Shown here: piece by piece, positions 24,241-36,819 of the stretch
Layout: each line of letters begins with the position of its first letter
Position numbering within the stretch: the first letter of the stretch is position 1
Assembly: GCA_964270895.1 (NCBI GenBank)
Contig: OZ185436.1
Reading direction: 5' to 3' (one strand)
DNA length: 64,000 bases
Origin: Podarcis filfolensis
Lineage: Eukaryota
Notes under the pieces: generated by a model
Databases searched by the model: none
Told to the model about the DNA's origin: nothing
Seen by the model: the letters and a program-made list of their open reading frames with translations, nothing else
Position numbers and translations under genes: made by a program

Positions 24241-25297
24241 CTAACTGACTGACTGGAACCGTATTCCAAGCAGATTAATTACTGGCACTGTTACAATGTT
24301 ACATATAGGCACCCAAGGCACAATAACAATAGCTCAGAGGTATAGTACTGTATCTGTTTCTCAGATGGAAGCATGTAAAAGTCTAATGAATACAGTATTT
24401 CCCACAGATCTCATGAATTGTCTCACTTAATCTCTGTATTCACTTGAATTCTTTAGAAGTGACACCACTGACAGCACAAAATTGCAGCAGCTGACATCAT
24501 CACACTTCATTAGCTAATTGCTTTCCAAAATAATGGACATAACTGAGCCAAAGCAACATATATGTTGATTTCAGTGGGAGAATTACAGGACAACCCTATA
24601 AAAGTCCATGCAGAAATAAATACCACCAAGTGCAATATGTAGGATTAAAGCCTTAAACATGTGCTTCAGTTCTGTCCCATTGTAATCAATGATAGCGCTT
24701 AACTTTGGCTGGATTGTGGCCACTGTTTTGTCACAGAAATTCCCTGTTTGTTCTACAGGCATATTTACACCTGCTGATTAACTTGGATGCATTGATTGCC
24801 TTCTAATACAGATAATTAAGATCTATTTCTGTTAACCCAGCCCACAGGTTAACCCTGTTAACCTCAAACTGCATATATCCTTTTATATGTATTTCAATAA
24901 TAGTCAGTTGTCATTCCACCCCACCAAAAAAGCAGCACCAACGACAAGAAGATACTGTTTTCACATAGACTACATTGTGATATGGCTTTCTAAAATACAT
25001 CAGGATAGAGCCAGACTACCTATTGGAACTTTGTACACAGGGTGCTCTGCTAGAGGAACGGGGTAGGCAATTTTTGCCTATTGCGTCTTTCCACAGAAAA
25101 GTTGCTCCAGAGGATTGGAAGACAGCACTGGAGGTGATGTTGGGAAAGGTGGAGCGAATTGGCAAAATTTGAGCCCTCTTTGTTCAGCGAGAACTTCTGT
25201 AGACTCTCAGTCCCTTCTGAGAACGGAAGGATTGGTAAGTCTGGATCCAACCTATAAATCACTTAACAACATCTGCAAGTGGAGCAATATTTTAGAA

Positions 25298-25537
25298 CAG
25301 GGATGTCCAACTGGCCAACCGCAATCAACTGGTCGATTCCCTGCAGCTAGTGGTCGATCACGGGCCCTATTTCCTCCGTGGTGGAAAAAGAACACCTGGC
25401 CCCGCCCCCTTGCCCCGTCCTTCATTTGCGCACAATCACAAAAGTGGCAGATGGAGTTATCTACCCAAATGGGTAGATCACTGCCAGCTTTTTATTGTGG
25501 GAGTAGATCACAGTCTCTTGGGAGTTGGATGTCCCTG
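25298..25537. mobile_element. hAT (Charlie-like) MITE
   Basis: TIR CAGGGATGTCCAACT / AGTTGGATGTCCCTG (13/15 match); 8-bp TSD TTTTAGAA / CTTTAGAA. Confidence 0.85.
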
Positions 25538-26541
25538 CTTTAGAAGGTTTATCAACACAACAACCCCGTGAGGTAGGTCACCACACTCTTCCTATATGGG
25601 GAGCTGAGGCTAAGAGAAAAGAAATTTGCCCTGAGTCACACAATGAGTACATAATAGAGTTGAAATCATGTATCTTAGATCCTTAGGCAATTCTCTGGTC
25701 CAAACAATGAGAGATTGGTATATTTGTTAATGAAAGATACTGGAACGTTGCTCATCACTTAGATCTAAAAAGCTATGTTAGAAGTAGCTGTGCCTATGAA
25801 GTACCCAACAAAGCACAACAAATCTGTTAAGTTTTTTTTACAATGCCACAAGTGCAGTACTGTTAAGAATCCTGGGTGCTGAGCACGGCAGCTTATTTAA
25901 TTCATATTTTGCCTAGTATAAAATTGAAAAAGAAATACTTCCCCCAATTGAAAACTAGCTCCCTGTGAGAGTAAATGAAAAGTCTCTACATGCACATATT
26001 TATCCTGAATGTAGTGGCAATCCTGAAGTCTAGCACATTAAGTGGCTTTAGACTCTCAGGAACTTAAAATTCCATGTAGAAACAAACAAAGCACAAAGCA
26101 AATGCAACCGTTTGTAGTGCCATACATTTCACTCAGACTTTTAGATAACCTTATCATGCATATAGAACCCAATTCCTTACAAGCTCATGCATCAACCTGA
26201 CAGCTTTAAGTATTTGTCCAAGATGCTGTATTCCTTTCTATACCATAAACAGGCATTGCCCTCTCAGAGAGATTATTGTTACCATGCCTCAGGATTCCAG
26301 ACAGGAAACACCCACTTGGCAACAACACACTTCAGAAAGCCAGTTCCATTGTTGGGAGTATACTGCATGCAGGTAACCAAAGAGGGTTGGTTCAGACAAT
26401 CACACACCAACTTAGTAAACCTGTGCTTAGTAAATGAAGTGCTAAGGAAGGTTACACACAGTGTTTGAAACTCCCATTGTCCTGGGCACCTTTTGCAACA
26501 GGGAATTTCATTAACTTGAGCAGCTTCTGAGCTCTGGGTGC

Positions 26542-26721
26542 CAGTGGCGTAGCGTGGGGGGTGCAGGGGGGGCGGGCCGCACCGGGCGCAACATCTGGGG
26601 TTAGGGCAAATCCATGGGTTAGGGGGCGCAAATCCACGGGTTAGGGGGCGCAAATCCACGGGTTAGGGGGCGCAAATTACTTGCCTTGCCCCGGGTGCTG
26701 ACAACCCACGCTACGCCACTG
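26542..26721. mobile_element. Young hAT MITE, 180 bp, with internal 22-bp minisatellite
   Basis: Perfect 17-bp TIR CAGTGGCGTAGCGTGGG; perfect 8-bp TSD CTGGGTGC (26534-41, 26722-29). Confidence 0.92.
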
Positions 26722-27554
26722 CTGGGTGCAATACTGAGCCTAAGATTTCAGATTAAAACTGCCCCTGCTGGAAGAAAAGGAGGACCTTTTTCTGCCTCCC
26801 CACTTCCAGCCACTCTCTGAAGACTGGAGAAGGGACCCTCATAAGAATATTAGGAGGGTGGCCAGGGGAAGTATGGTTTGTTTTTTGCAGTCTTCAGATG
26901 AGGACTAGACCACATGAAAAATGAACATAAGATTTTAGCTGCAGTTCGTTCATTTTCAGCTTTGTACTCGTTATAAAAAAAGCACACATAAACACTCCAT
27001 TGCGGTGCCCATAACCTAGGTTTTAGGTGCCATTTAGCTCTAGCTTTCATATCTCTGTTTCTAACACAGGTTACACATGAACCTAGGTGAAGGGTTCACC
27101 CAAGAACAAAATGTTTGGCAAAGCCATGTTTCTACAGATCTCTCAGAATTCCACAACTGATCCTGTTCAATAAAAGCTGAGACTATTCCTGCTGCCTCTC
27201 TGCCATTTCAGTTAACAGGGGACTGCTCTTTGTCATTCATCTCAGATTTCTTCACTATCAGCATGGAGGTGCCATAAGCAGAATAAAAAAACCCCAGCAA
27301 TTACTACAAAACCAATATGCACCAACTATTATGGCAGAGTTGGTGCCCTCCAGTTGTCATTGGACTTCCCCCCTGCTATCAACTCCCATCAGGATGTTGG
27401 GAGTTGGGGTCCTAAATAATCTGGAGGGCAACTTGTTGGCTACCCGTGTATTGTGGGGATGGGAAAGCATGTGTGCATCAAGGTTGGCCACAGCATCTTG
27501 AGTTGCGGCCTAGACTACTTCTTAAGGACCCTCTCTACTTTCAGTACAATTTGG

Positions 27555-27742
27555 CAATTCCAGTCCAGTCTGGGCTTGCGAGAGAGCAAGGGAACAAGTG
27601 TGCAGTTCACTTTTCAAGCTCATCCCACCACCCTCCAGGAGGCAGTACATATGCTGGATCAGGTCCACACTAGTGTTAACTACTTTCAAGCAGGCATTGT
27701 TACGTTTCTTTAGGACATATGCAAGTGCTTTTCCATGCAGGC
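27555..27742. repeat. Diverged local duplication, copy 1
   Basis: Aligns by eye to 28932-29124 with two indels. Confidence 0.85.
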
Positions 27743-28931
27743 TTCCAAGCTCTGGGGAGCCTCTCTTACCCCACCCCCACCCACAGCCACCCAGTACACC
27801 AGCCATTGGCCAGACTGTGATAAAGATTGCTATTCCTCTTCAGGGTGGACATTTCTGCATTAGCAGAGCCTGGATGGTACTGGGTAGCTCCTTTGTGTTC
27901 CAACTAAGATATCCAAGGCTTTATAGCCTGCCAATGATTCCAGAGGCTGTGCTGCTTTGTTGTTGTTTTTTTAAAATAGCCGAGTTAGCTTTATGATGAG
28001 AAATGTGGCAAACAGGTGTTTCACCACAGCATGGCTCTGACTGCTTTTAGATTAGAGCAGCTGCTTTCTTTGAACAGCTTCCCAATTTCCCCCTCAATAA
28101 CATGCATAAATCATGATCATTACAATCCTCTCAGTGAGTGTGCAATGAGATGCGTCTACAGACACCGATCATTTGCACAGCACATCTGCAACTTGTAAAG
28201 CATGCTGCCAGAAGTAAAAGGAAAAAAACCCAAAATACATATTCCTTCTGTTTGATGCGGAAGTTCGTGACTTTCAATTAAGCTACAACATCAGTCTGCA
28301 GGGTATGCATATGTATTTATATAAACTGTTTCCTCTTACAAACTGTGTTTATCACTCAAATAATAAAACCCCCCTACACACACCAACCACCAAGAATTCA
28401 TTACATAGTCTGTGTTATGCTACACCAGGCAACAGTTATCTTTGCAGCCTATGGGCTATAATGGAAACCCAACATGTCAGCTATTTAAAGAAAAAAATAG
28501 AAGCCCTCCTGGCAGCAATTTAATTAACTTCCAGGGAGCATGCACGGCTAGGTCTGAGCTCTGAAAAAACATTACTACTGAAAATGGAATCTGAGATCAT
28601 CTGTCAGAAAATAAAACTCTCAAAAACTGATAACCGCCTGCTTCTTATACAGCATAGTCCTAAGCATGCGGACTCAAAGCTATGTTCCACGCTGTTCAAC
28701 TACACATATTCTACAACATGCAGAGACAGAGAGATCTCCACTGCTCACTGCAAATTAACTTGGAAATGACCAGAGTTATTTTGTGGGTGGGGTACGAACA
28801 CACAGAAAGAATCCCCCCAGCATTTCTTACTTCTGGCTGCAGCCTCCTGGGCAAATGGATGGAGCTGAAAATAGGATGAATGGCAGCAGGAAACAGAGTT
28901 TGTAAAAAGGGTTGCTCTTTTATACTGTGAA

Positions 28932-29124
28932 CAATTCCAGTTTGGTCTGGGCTGGTGAGAGCTAAGGAACAAGTGTGCAGTTCGCTTTTCATGCTCACAA
29001 TTTCCTAATGAGGTCATACCTCTGTTGGATCAGGTGCACGCCAGTGCTTACTACTACCAAGCAGGAATTTTTGCATTTCTTTAGGGCACATGTGAGTGGT
29101 TCTGGGCTGCTTCTCCATGCAGCC
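28932..29124. repeat. Diverged local duplication, copy 2
   Basis: Shared blocks caattccag, ggaacaagtgtgcagttc, ggatcaggt, caagcagg, tttctttagg and tccatgcag occur in the same order as in copy 1. Confidence 0.85.
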
Positions 29125-29860
29125 TGCCATGCCTTGCGGATCCCTTCCCACTTTGTCCACTGCTGTCCCCCTTGATCAAACATCAGCTGGGTGGTAGGGG
29201 GGAAACCGCTGTACTGGGAAAGACGGGGAGTTATTTTGGCTGTATTAAAATCACCGAGAAGTGGCTGCTTGAACATGCCCCCCAGTGCCCCTAATATAGC
29301 CAGCATCGCTGTCTCTGAGTACCTAGCTCGCCCAGTGGTAGCAGCCAACATCTGGAGGGTCACTAATTCCCTACCCCTGCCACACAGCAACTGAGTCTAT
29401 CAGGATCCTTGAGGGGGTAAGCAAAAGTTGGTATGTTTTCATTCATATGGAGATATTTTCATCCACTGCCTGCCTATTTTTGGTGGTGCTGGTGAGGGTC
29501 ATTTACATTTGATGTTGCCCTGTTGTTTCTCCTTAGGAATATCATTGTACTCCGCTGTTTCCCAAAGATCTGCAGGCAAGACACAACAACCCTTGGCAGC
29601 CATTTCTGAATATTCCACACTCTGTTCCTTCACATATGCAACGGGGAAGGGAGAAGGCAGAGAGAGAACCAGCTGTCTCGTCTCTTATGTTTGTACACAC
29701 AAACAAACATTAGACAGCAAAGTAATTCTAATCATAAGCACTTTGTGTGCGAAGTATCCAAACAATGTTTAACTAAGGAATAAACGTTTTCTTCTGCTTT
29801 GGCAACAGAACAGACATGAGCAGCATCAATGATGTCCTCTTTTTATGTTAAGACAGGGCA

Positions 29861-30060
29861 GAGATCATAGCTCAGTGGTAGGGTATCCACTTTGCATGCA
29901 GAAGATGTCAAGTTCAGTACACAGCTATAAAGATCAGCCCAAGGGAGCAGGAGCAGTAAGGAACCCTGCTTGAGACCTTGGAGAACCCATCAATCAAAAC
30001 ACACAAACAATACCAGGCTAGACAGACAAAAGGTCTGACTCAAGGCAGAATCACGTGTTC
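29861..30060 (+). mobile_element. tRNA-derived SINE (Squam3-like), degenerate
   Basis: atcatagctcagtggtagggtatccactttgcatgcagaag head; caataccaggctagacagacaaaaggtctgactc tail. Confidence 0.65.
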
Positions 30061-31799
30061 AACTTTTTGCTTGCCTTGCATGCATATCTCTGGTGTGCCA
30101 AAGTTTCATTTTGCTGGATCTCGTAGATAAAAGTCTTCTGAATGACACTTGCTCAACTGACAGGGTTTATAGGTATACAGAATTAGCATGGGCAAATGGA
30201 CTTGGCGATCGCAAGGGATTTCACTCTTTTTGCAACTCAGTCAAATCACGATGGAAGCAATGGTAATCCAGACGTCCAGGAAATGTGCGCTGCACTGCAT
30301 TGCAAAATATGACCTCTCATACATAATCTGGCTGCTGCTGCTTTTTTTTTTTTTTTGATAAAACATTCGTATACCACACATTCTACAATAAATTTCCCAA
30401 AATGGTTTCAGAGCACAAAAAACAAACCCCAAAAACCACAATGTGATAAAACAATCACAACAATGATAAAACAGCATATTGAGTAGCATTAAAACGATTA
30501 AAAGGTTTAGGCTGCAACCCAAACTCCTCTGATGTTGGTGGTGATTTTTGCAAACACACCCCAGCCTGCGCCCCCAGCAGCCTTTGGGCACCACTGCCTA
30601 GAAATACTGCTCTGAATAAACTTTGCCTTAAATTCATGGCACATTTGCAATATGTTAAAGAAAGACATTTGTTTGACAGCACCTTGAGACTAACTCTTTA
30701 GAAGCTTCTTATTGTAAAATATTCATGTTTATGTTTATTTTATTTATTTGCAGAGATTTCTGAACTGCCAACATGAATACAATTTTTTTTTTAAAAAAAC
30801 CACAGCAGTGAACTACATCATATAAACAATGAAATTACATTCATAAAAAAGAAGTACAAAATACATCACAAATCAGTAGACCGAGTTAATACATCAATAC
30901 AGCTGGATTACCCATTTTCATGGTAATTACTTTAAGCTCATTTTATGTTGTGGCAAGTCACATGCAAATATATATGCTCTGCTTTGCACGAAAAGGCTGG
31001 AGGGGACAGAATGGGCCCCACTTGCACTGTGACTTAGTTCCCCCACAAACCCTTTGGAAGATGTCTGTTGCTGAGGTCCAGCCCAAGATTCCCATCCCTC
31101 TTTACCTACAATTCTGCAGGTCTCTTTTTATTATTAATTATGGTCTATTAAGAAAGCCCAGCTATCTTACACTGACACCAGCTATAAATGTTCTATAAAC
31201 ATAAGCGCACCTGGGGATCTTCGACTTCTGAGTTCCCCTGGCAAAATTCCCCTGGCATACATTCAAGCGGTTCTGCATCTTTCAAATTTGCCACTCTGGT
31301 GCCAGATTTCTCTAGCTTTAACCTGCTAAAGAGCTTTCAAGTAAGGAACCATTGAGCTCTCAGTATTGAAAACAAACATTGCCTTCCCTTCTCGTACATT
31401 GATGCTGCCTCTTCCCTTGGGCGCAGTCTGTCTCATTAGCAGCATATACACTATTCCTGTTGATACAATCACACCGGCTGGTTGTCCGGGTATGACCCAG
31501 GCTTCTGAAAATGAAAAATGTGTTGACTTTCCAATCAACAGCTGTAGTTTGCAGATGAAAACAAAGCGGCGGGGAGGAGGGAGACTTCCAATGAAACAAT
31601 ACTTTCCTGAACTGTAACCAGACCAAAGAAAAATAAAACTTCCATGCTTTTGCCTCCAGCGCTTATGCCATAACAAGGTGCCAAAAGACTGCTTGTTATT
31701 TAAAAATATGTTCACCAGAAATGATACTCATCCGTACTCCACATCTTCAGCTGAACAGATCATACCTAGCAGAAACCCTGGAGAGTGGATAACAGAATA

Positions 31800-32047
31800 C
31801 AGCGGTACCTTGGTTTAAGAACAGCTTAGTTTATGAACAACTTGGATTAAGAATGCTGCAAACCCAGAAGTAGGTGTTTTGGTTTGTGAACTTTGCCTTG
31901 GAAGCAGAACATGTTCCACTTCCTGTTGAGTGTGTTCCATTTGTAAATTGAGTCCCCCACTGCTATGGGAACACCTCGGTTTAAGAATGCTTTGGTTTAA
32001 GAACGGACTTCCGGAATGGATTAAGTTTGTAAACCAAGGTACCACTG
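31800..32047. mobile_element. Tigger/pogo-like MITE
   Basis: TA|CAGCGGTACCTTGGTTTA...TAAACCAAGGTACCACTG|TA. Confidence 0.88.
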
Positions 32048-35000
32048 TATACAACAGCAGACTGCATGAGCCAGTGGCAAGACTGAGCTGGAAGCAGGGT
32101 TAGTATTGTTAGGCGTGCCAGAATTTTCTAAGCAGTGAGAATTGGAACGTGGTGGTCGCGGCATTTTCCAGCCTCTGTGTTTATTTGCTATACAGTTTGA
32201 GAACAGATGAGGCTCACTGCTTAGCATTCCAATGACACCCCAAATCTTCTGCTTGCACATCAGGTTTGCTAGGGGAGCAGCCGGCACTTTCAGAGCTCAA
32301 GAAACCCCCACTTCTTGGCTGCTTCAAACTGCTGCTGCTTCACACACTGCTGCCTATCCCCAGCTGAGGGACTTCATTCATATATTGGCTGGCTACGGAT
32401 AAGGGCAGACAATAAGATACATCAGCCAGAAGGAAATCAGCCAGGCAAATCTTGTTGGGTTGGGCTACTTTAGCAGTTTCTTCTTGCAATTACAACGTCG
32501 CTGGGTCAGAAGGGCCAGCGACTATGAACACAAAACTGTTGGGGATGGGCATGTTTTTGTAAAAACACACACACACATACACAGAAAGATAAATTAACAC
32601 CAGCTTCAGAATGCTTATTCCTCCCTCCTATTGCTCACCCCTCAGCCATCCTAGATTTGACATTTAGCCTGCAATCCCACACTGATTTACCCATTGATCT
32701 AAAGGGGGTTATATCAGGGGCAAAATGAAAAGCTGAAACTGATTTCTTTTCTTTCTTTTTCAAGTGTTGCACTGTGAGTCAAACTCTTGGAAGGCTTAAA
32801 ATATTTAACACATGGTTTCCAACAGGCAGCTCCTTCTTCTGAGTCGAGGTCTGATATCTGGCACTTCAAAACATTTGCTCCCCCACCTGTTTTCTGACAA
32901 CTGTCCCCACATTTTCATCAGTCACAAAATAAATGCAGTTATTCTTTACTGGACCATCCTGATGCTATACTGAAATCCGCAATGTGATAACAGTCTGGAA
33001 ACAACCAGTAAGGAGGAAGGGATGTAATAATTAGGTTGGAGTGTTCAATCAATTAATCAGTTAGAATAAATTGGTTAAGCTTGCAAACCTAAACACGCTA
33101 GAGATTTAACCTCACTGGGCACAGTGTGACTTTCTATTGAGTAAATAAAAATAACTATTTGGTTGTGCTGTGAAACTGCAGTTCTGTGCATGGTTACCTG
33201 GGAGTAAGTCTCATTGAACAATCCTAGGTAGGCAAATTCTGTGAAGCTCTTTGCATTGGCGAAATGCAAATTTTCTAAGAACACCTTGTCATTTGCTCTA
33301 AAATCAAGAGGCTCAAAAGGAACATTTCTTTTCTCTCACCCCTCAGAATTTTAACAAATCAGTTTAATTGTTGCTATTCCGTCCTGAGACTTCTCTAAAG
33401 AAAACAACTTTCACTTGCAGAAAGTGAAAATCTGCCTGTCTAATAACAATAGCTAAAACCACAACTATTTCCCCCTTCCCATTTCAATAAGGCTCCGATT
33501 TCTAAAAGCACAGCCCTCTGCATGTCTGCTCAAAATAAGGTTGACAGGGCTTACTAGCAAATTAATATGCATGTTTGGATTGCAATTTGAAATCCTTTGA
33601 CAATTTTGCCATTGTTTTTCAACTTCATTTCTACAATACAAGAGAATTAGAAACATACTCTACAGCTACTGGTTTACCTTTTGTAAACCGCTTTGAGGGT
33701 TTGTTTTTCTTTTTTACAATCAAGCTGTGCATAAATTTTACAAAATAAATAAATACCAAAATAATCTTTAAAATCAGTGGAGGTACCAGGTGTGTGTGTG
33801 CTAACTATTATCTGTTTATTACATTTGAATACTCACTTTCCCCCAAGCATCCCCTTCCCACTCAGGTAACAAAAGCAAGCCTTAGACCTGCTTAGCTGCA
33901 CCAGACACATTTGTACTGATTTCTGGGTCTATGTTTACTGACCTTCAAATTAATGTATCATCACATATTTATTTTGAACTGAAAGAACTGCTGTAGCACA
34001 CATACTTTGCAGCATATGTGCAGCATATGAGTTGGCTTATTCATTTATTTATTTATGGCAAGGGAAGTTGGGCTGTTTGGAAACAAATGAAAACTGTGAT
34101 TCTTTGCATTCCAGTCAGAAACCGAAAGTCATGCCTAAGTGCTCTGAGGGCGGGTTGGGGCATACTTCACATTTGATTGCCCATGTTGCCCACACCTGCT
34201 GTTTCAACATGGTATGCTAGCAATCTAACTTCTCTCGGCAGCCTGACACATGGCAGTGACCTTGCTTTAACTCTGGATGCTTCCTGAATGTACACGATTG
34301 TCCCAAGGCGACACTAAACAGCTGGCCAGGCTTGACATCGCCAACCTCGCTGCATACAGAGGAAGCAAAAGCAATTTGCCTGGCCAGAGCTATATCTTCA
34401 ACTCATAATTCCCACAGCAAGGCTAGTCAACTTAGGGAGTGCACTGTCCTCAAGAAACTTGCAGAGTTATTTCTTCTCTCTGCCTTCTGCGGGGAGATGA
34501 GATTATCAGTAAACTGCTAGCCAAGAAGTTTGCATGCTACCTCCACTGAATACCTGTTGCCTCTGAGTCCCGGTTGTCGGGAACTGCAAGTGAGGAGAGT
34601 CTCGCCCAACTCACAACATGCATGTAGCATTCAGCGTGACGGCATTCTCAACACACTGCAAATCCTTCCATGGATTAAATCAGATTACTGCTAAATATTC
34701 TGATCTGGGATTAATTGGTTAATCTTACCAATTAAAAAAACCTATGGCTTTCAGTTAAATTTGCAAGACTCACCAACCAACCTTAGGAAGTGCTTGCATT
34801 CTGTTACAAAATACCCAGCTATTGCTCAGTCAAAGCACATAGGGGTGGAGGATGTTTTTGGCACCATCTGACAACTGCAAGTTGCACAGGGACTCTGCTG
34901 ATCCCTGCTAGCCCAAAGAGCAGACCAGCTGATTGACAGTGCTAGTACTGCTAGTGCAGCTTGTATAGTGATAGGGGGTATTCATTGAATAAACACCCGT

Positions 35001-35152
35001 ACAACTTTGAGGACCTTTTATCGTATAGGGTTTTTTCTTTTTCTTTTGTACATTATGCCCTGCAAATAATTACAATAACTATGCCAAGGGCTACTTCTTG
35101 CAAGTAACTGATGCGACCTTAACTACATTAAAGGGAACTTAACGACTGCTGG

Positions 35153-35479
35153 GTTAAACCACAGAGCCTAGGGCTTGCCGATCAGAAGGTCGGCGGTTCA
35201 AATCCCCGCAACGGGGTGAGCTCCCGTTGCTCAATCCCTGCTCCTGCCCACCTAGCAGTTTGAAAGCACATCAAAGTGCAAGTAGATAAATAGGTACCGC
35301 TCCGGCAGGAAGGTAAATGGTGTTTCCGTGCACTGCTCTGGTTCGCCAGAAGCGGCTTAGTCGTGCTGGCCACATGACCCGGAAGCTGTACGCTGGTTCC
35401 CTAGGCCAATAAAGCGAGATGAGCACCGCAACCCCAGAGTCGGCCACGACTGGACCTAATGGTCAGGGGTCCCTTTACC
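35153..35479 (+). mobile_element. Sauria SINE, slightly 5'-truncated, with TSD
   Basis: Diagnostic body (gtgagctcccgttgctc...gtagataaataggtaccgctccggcaggaaggtaaa...ggtcaggggtccctttacct); TSD TAACGACTGCTGG at 35140-52 and 35480-92. Confidence 0.92.
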
Positions 35480-35754
35480 TAACGACTGCTGGTAAGTGAA
35501 GTCAAAACACCTTACTAGAAAGTTTTACTGTTGTGTTGGTGCTGTGCAGGGTGAAGAACCTGCAGCCTTTCGCCTAATCCTGTGTGGCTGGCGGGTTCCT
35601 AGAGGGCAAGATGGAGAACAAGAGGGGGAAATGGAGGGGTGGGGAGGGGGGTGGGAAATGGATAGCACAGTGGAAGAAGAGAGAAGTCCTCTGCAAGCGA
35701 TCAGTACAGACCTTTAGAAAGGAGGGTAGAGAGCCAGAATAGGCAGTAATGCTT

Positions 35755-35944
35755 GGGAGTGGCCACAGCTCAGTGGCAGAGCATCTGTTTTGCATGCAGA
35801 AGGTCACAGGTTCAATCCCCAGTAGGACAGGGATAAGGACCATTTTTTAAACCATGGAAAGCCACTGCCAAACAGAGTAGACAGTACTAAGGCAGATAGA
35901 CCAATGGTCTGATTTTGTATAATGTAGCTTCCAATGTGCTTATG
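35755..35944 (+). mobile_element. tRNA-derived SINE (Squam3-like)
   Basis: A-box agctcagtggcagagc and B-box ggttcaatcc, followed by the SINE body and tail. Confidence 0.7.
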
Positions 35945-36434
35945 AAATGCTTTGCAAATGATCAGCTAAGACCTCTATCAAGAGCAAGCTCTTCCTCCCC
36001 AACAACATGCTGGGTGGGGAGGAAGCGGGAGATAGGTAATAGCGGATAGCAGAAGGAGAGAGAGGGAGAGGGAATGAGAGAAAGAGAGAGAAAAGAGGGT
36101 GGTCCATCCCACTTTGGCCCTGTCCATTGCTGGCATGTGGCCCTTGACAGAATTAAAGTTTCCCTGCCCCTCCTGTAATGGAATACAGCACCAAGTTATG
36201 TCACTGAAGAGGCGGAACTTTGTAGAAAGGAGTGGACGCCTCTGCCAATGGCTCCCATCAAGTACCAAAACCCATAACAAACAGACTCCAGTCGTAAAGA
36301 TCAGCCTTTGCCAAGATGTTTTGGACTACAACTCCCATGATCAGCTCCAGCCAGCATAGGCTGGGGCTGGCAAAGGGAAGCAGCAAAACCTTTCTCCTGA
36401 ATCAACTGTGAATCACCAGGGACAGATTTGCCAC

Positions 36435-36670
36435 TACCTCAGGTTACATACGTTTCAGGTTACATACGCTTCAGGTTACAGACTCTGCTAACCCAGAAAT
36501 AGTACCTCGGGTTAAGAACTTTGCTTTAGGATGAGAACAGAAATCGTGCTCTGCTGGCGCGGCAGCAGCAGGAGGCCCCATTAGCTAAAGAGGTGCTTCA
36601 GGTTAAGAACAGTTTAAAGTTAAGAACGGACCTCCGGAACGAATTAAGCACTTAACCTGAGGTACCACTG
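36435..36670. mobile_element. Tigger/pogo-like MITE with clipped left TIR
   Basis: Near-identical to 41427-41665; right end ...CCTGAGGTACCACTG|TA; left CAGTGG missing. Confidence 0.88.
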
Positions 36671-36771
36671 TACTGAATTTGAGGGCACTGCTGTGGAAAA
36701 GGGGCACAGCCTGACACACCATCTAAGCAAGCATGCACAGAGACAGTGTAGTTGTCCCACGCTCACCCCCC

Positions 36772-36819
36772 TGCACACGCATGCACATGCACGCGCGCGC
36801 ACACACACACACACACACA
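36772..36819. repeat. Alternating purine-pyrimidine tract with (GC)n and (CA)n
   Basis: 48 uninterrupted alternating bases. Confidence 0.9.

Noticed and set aside
35755-35825. tRNA-like sequence (also ~29861 and ~5385)
   Set aside because: The acceptor stem is degenerate and the sequence runs straight into SINE body and tail; these are SINE heads, not tRNA genes.
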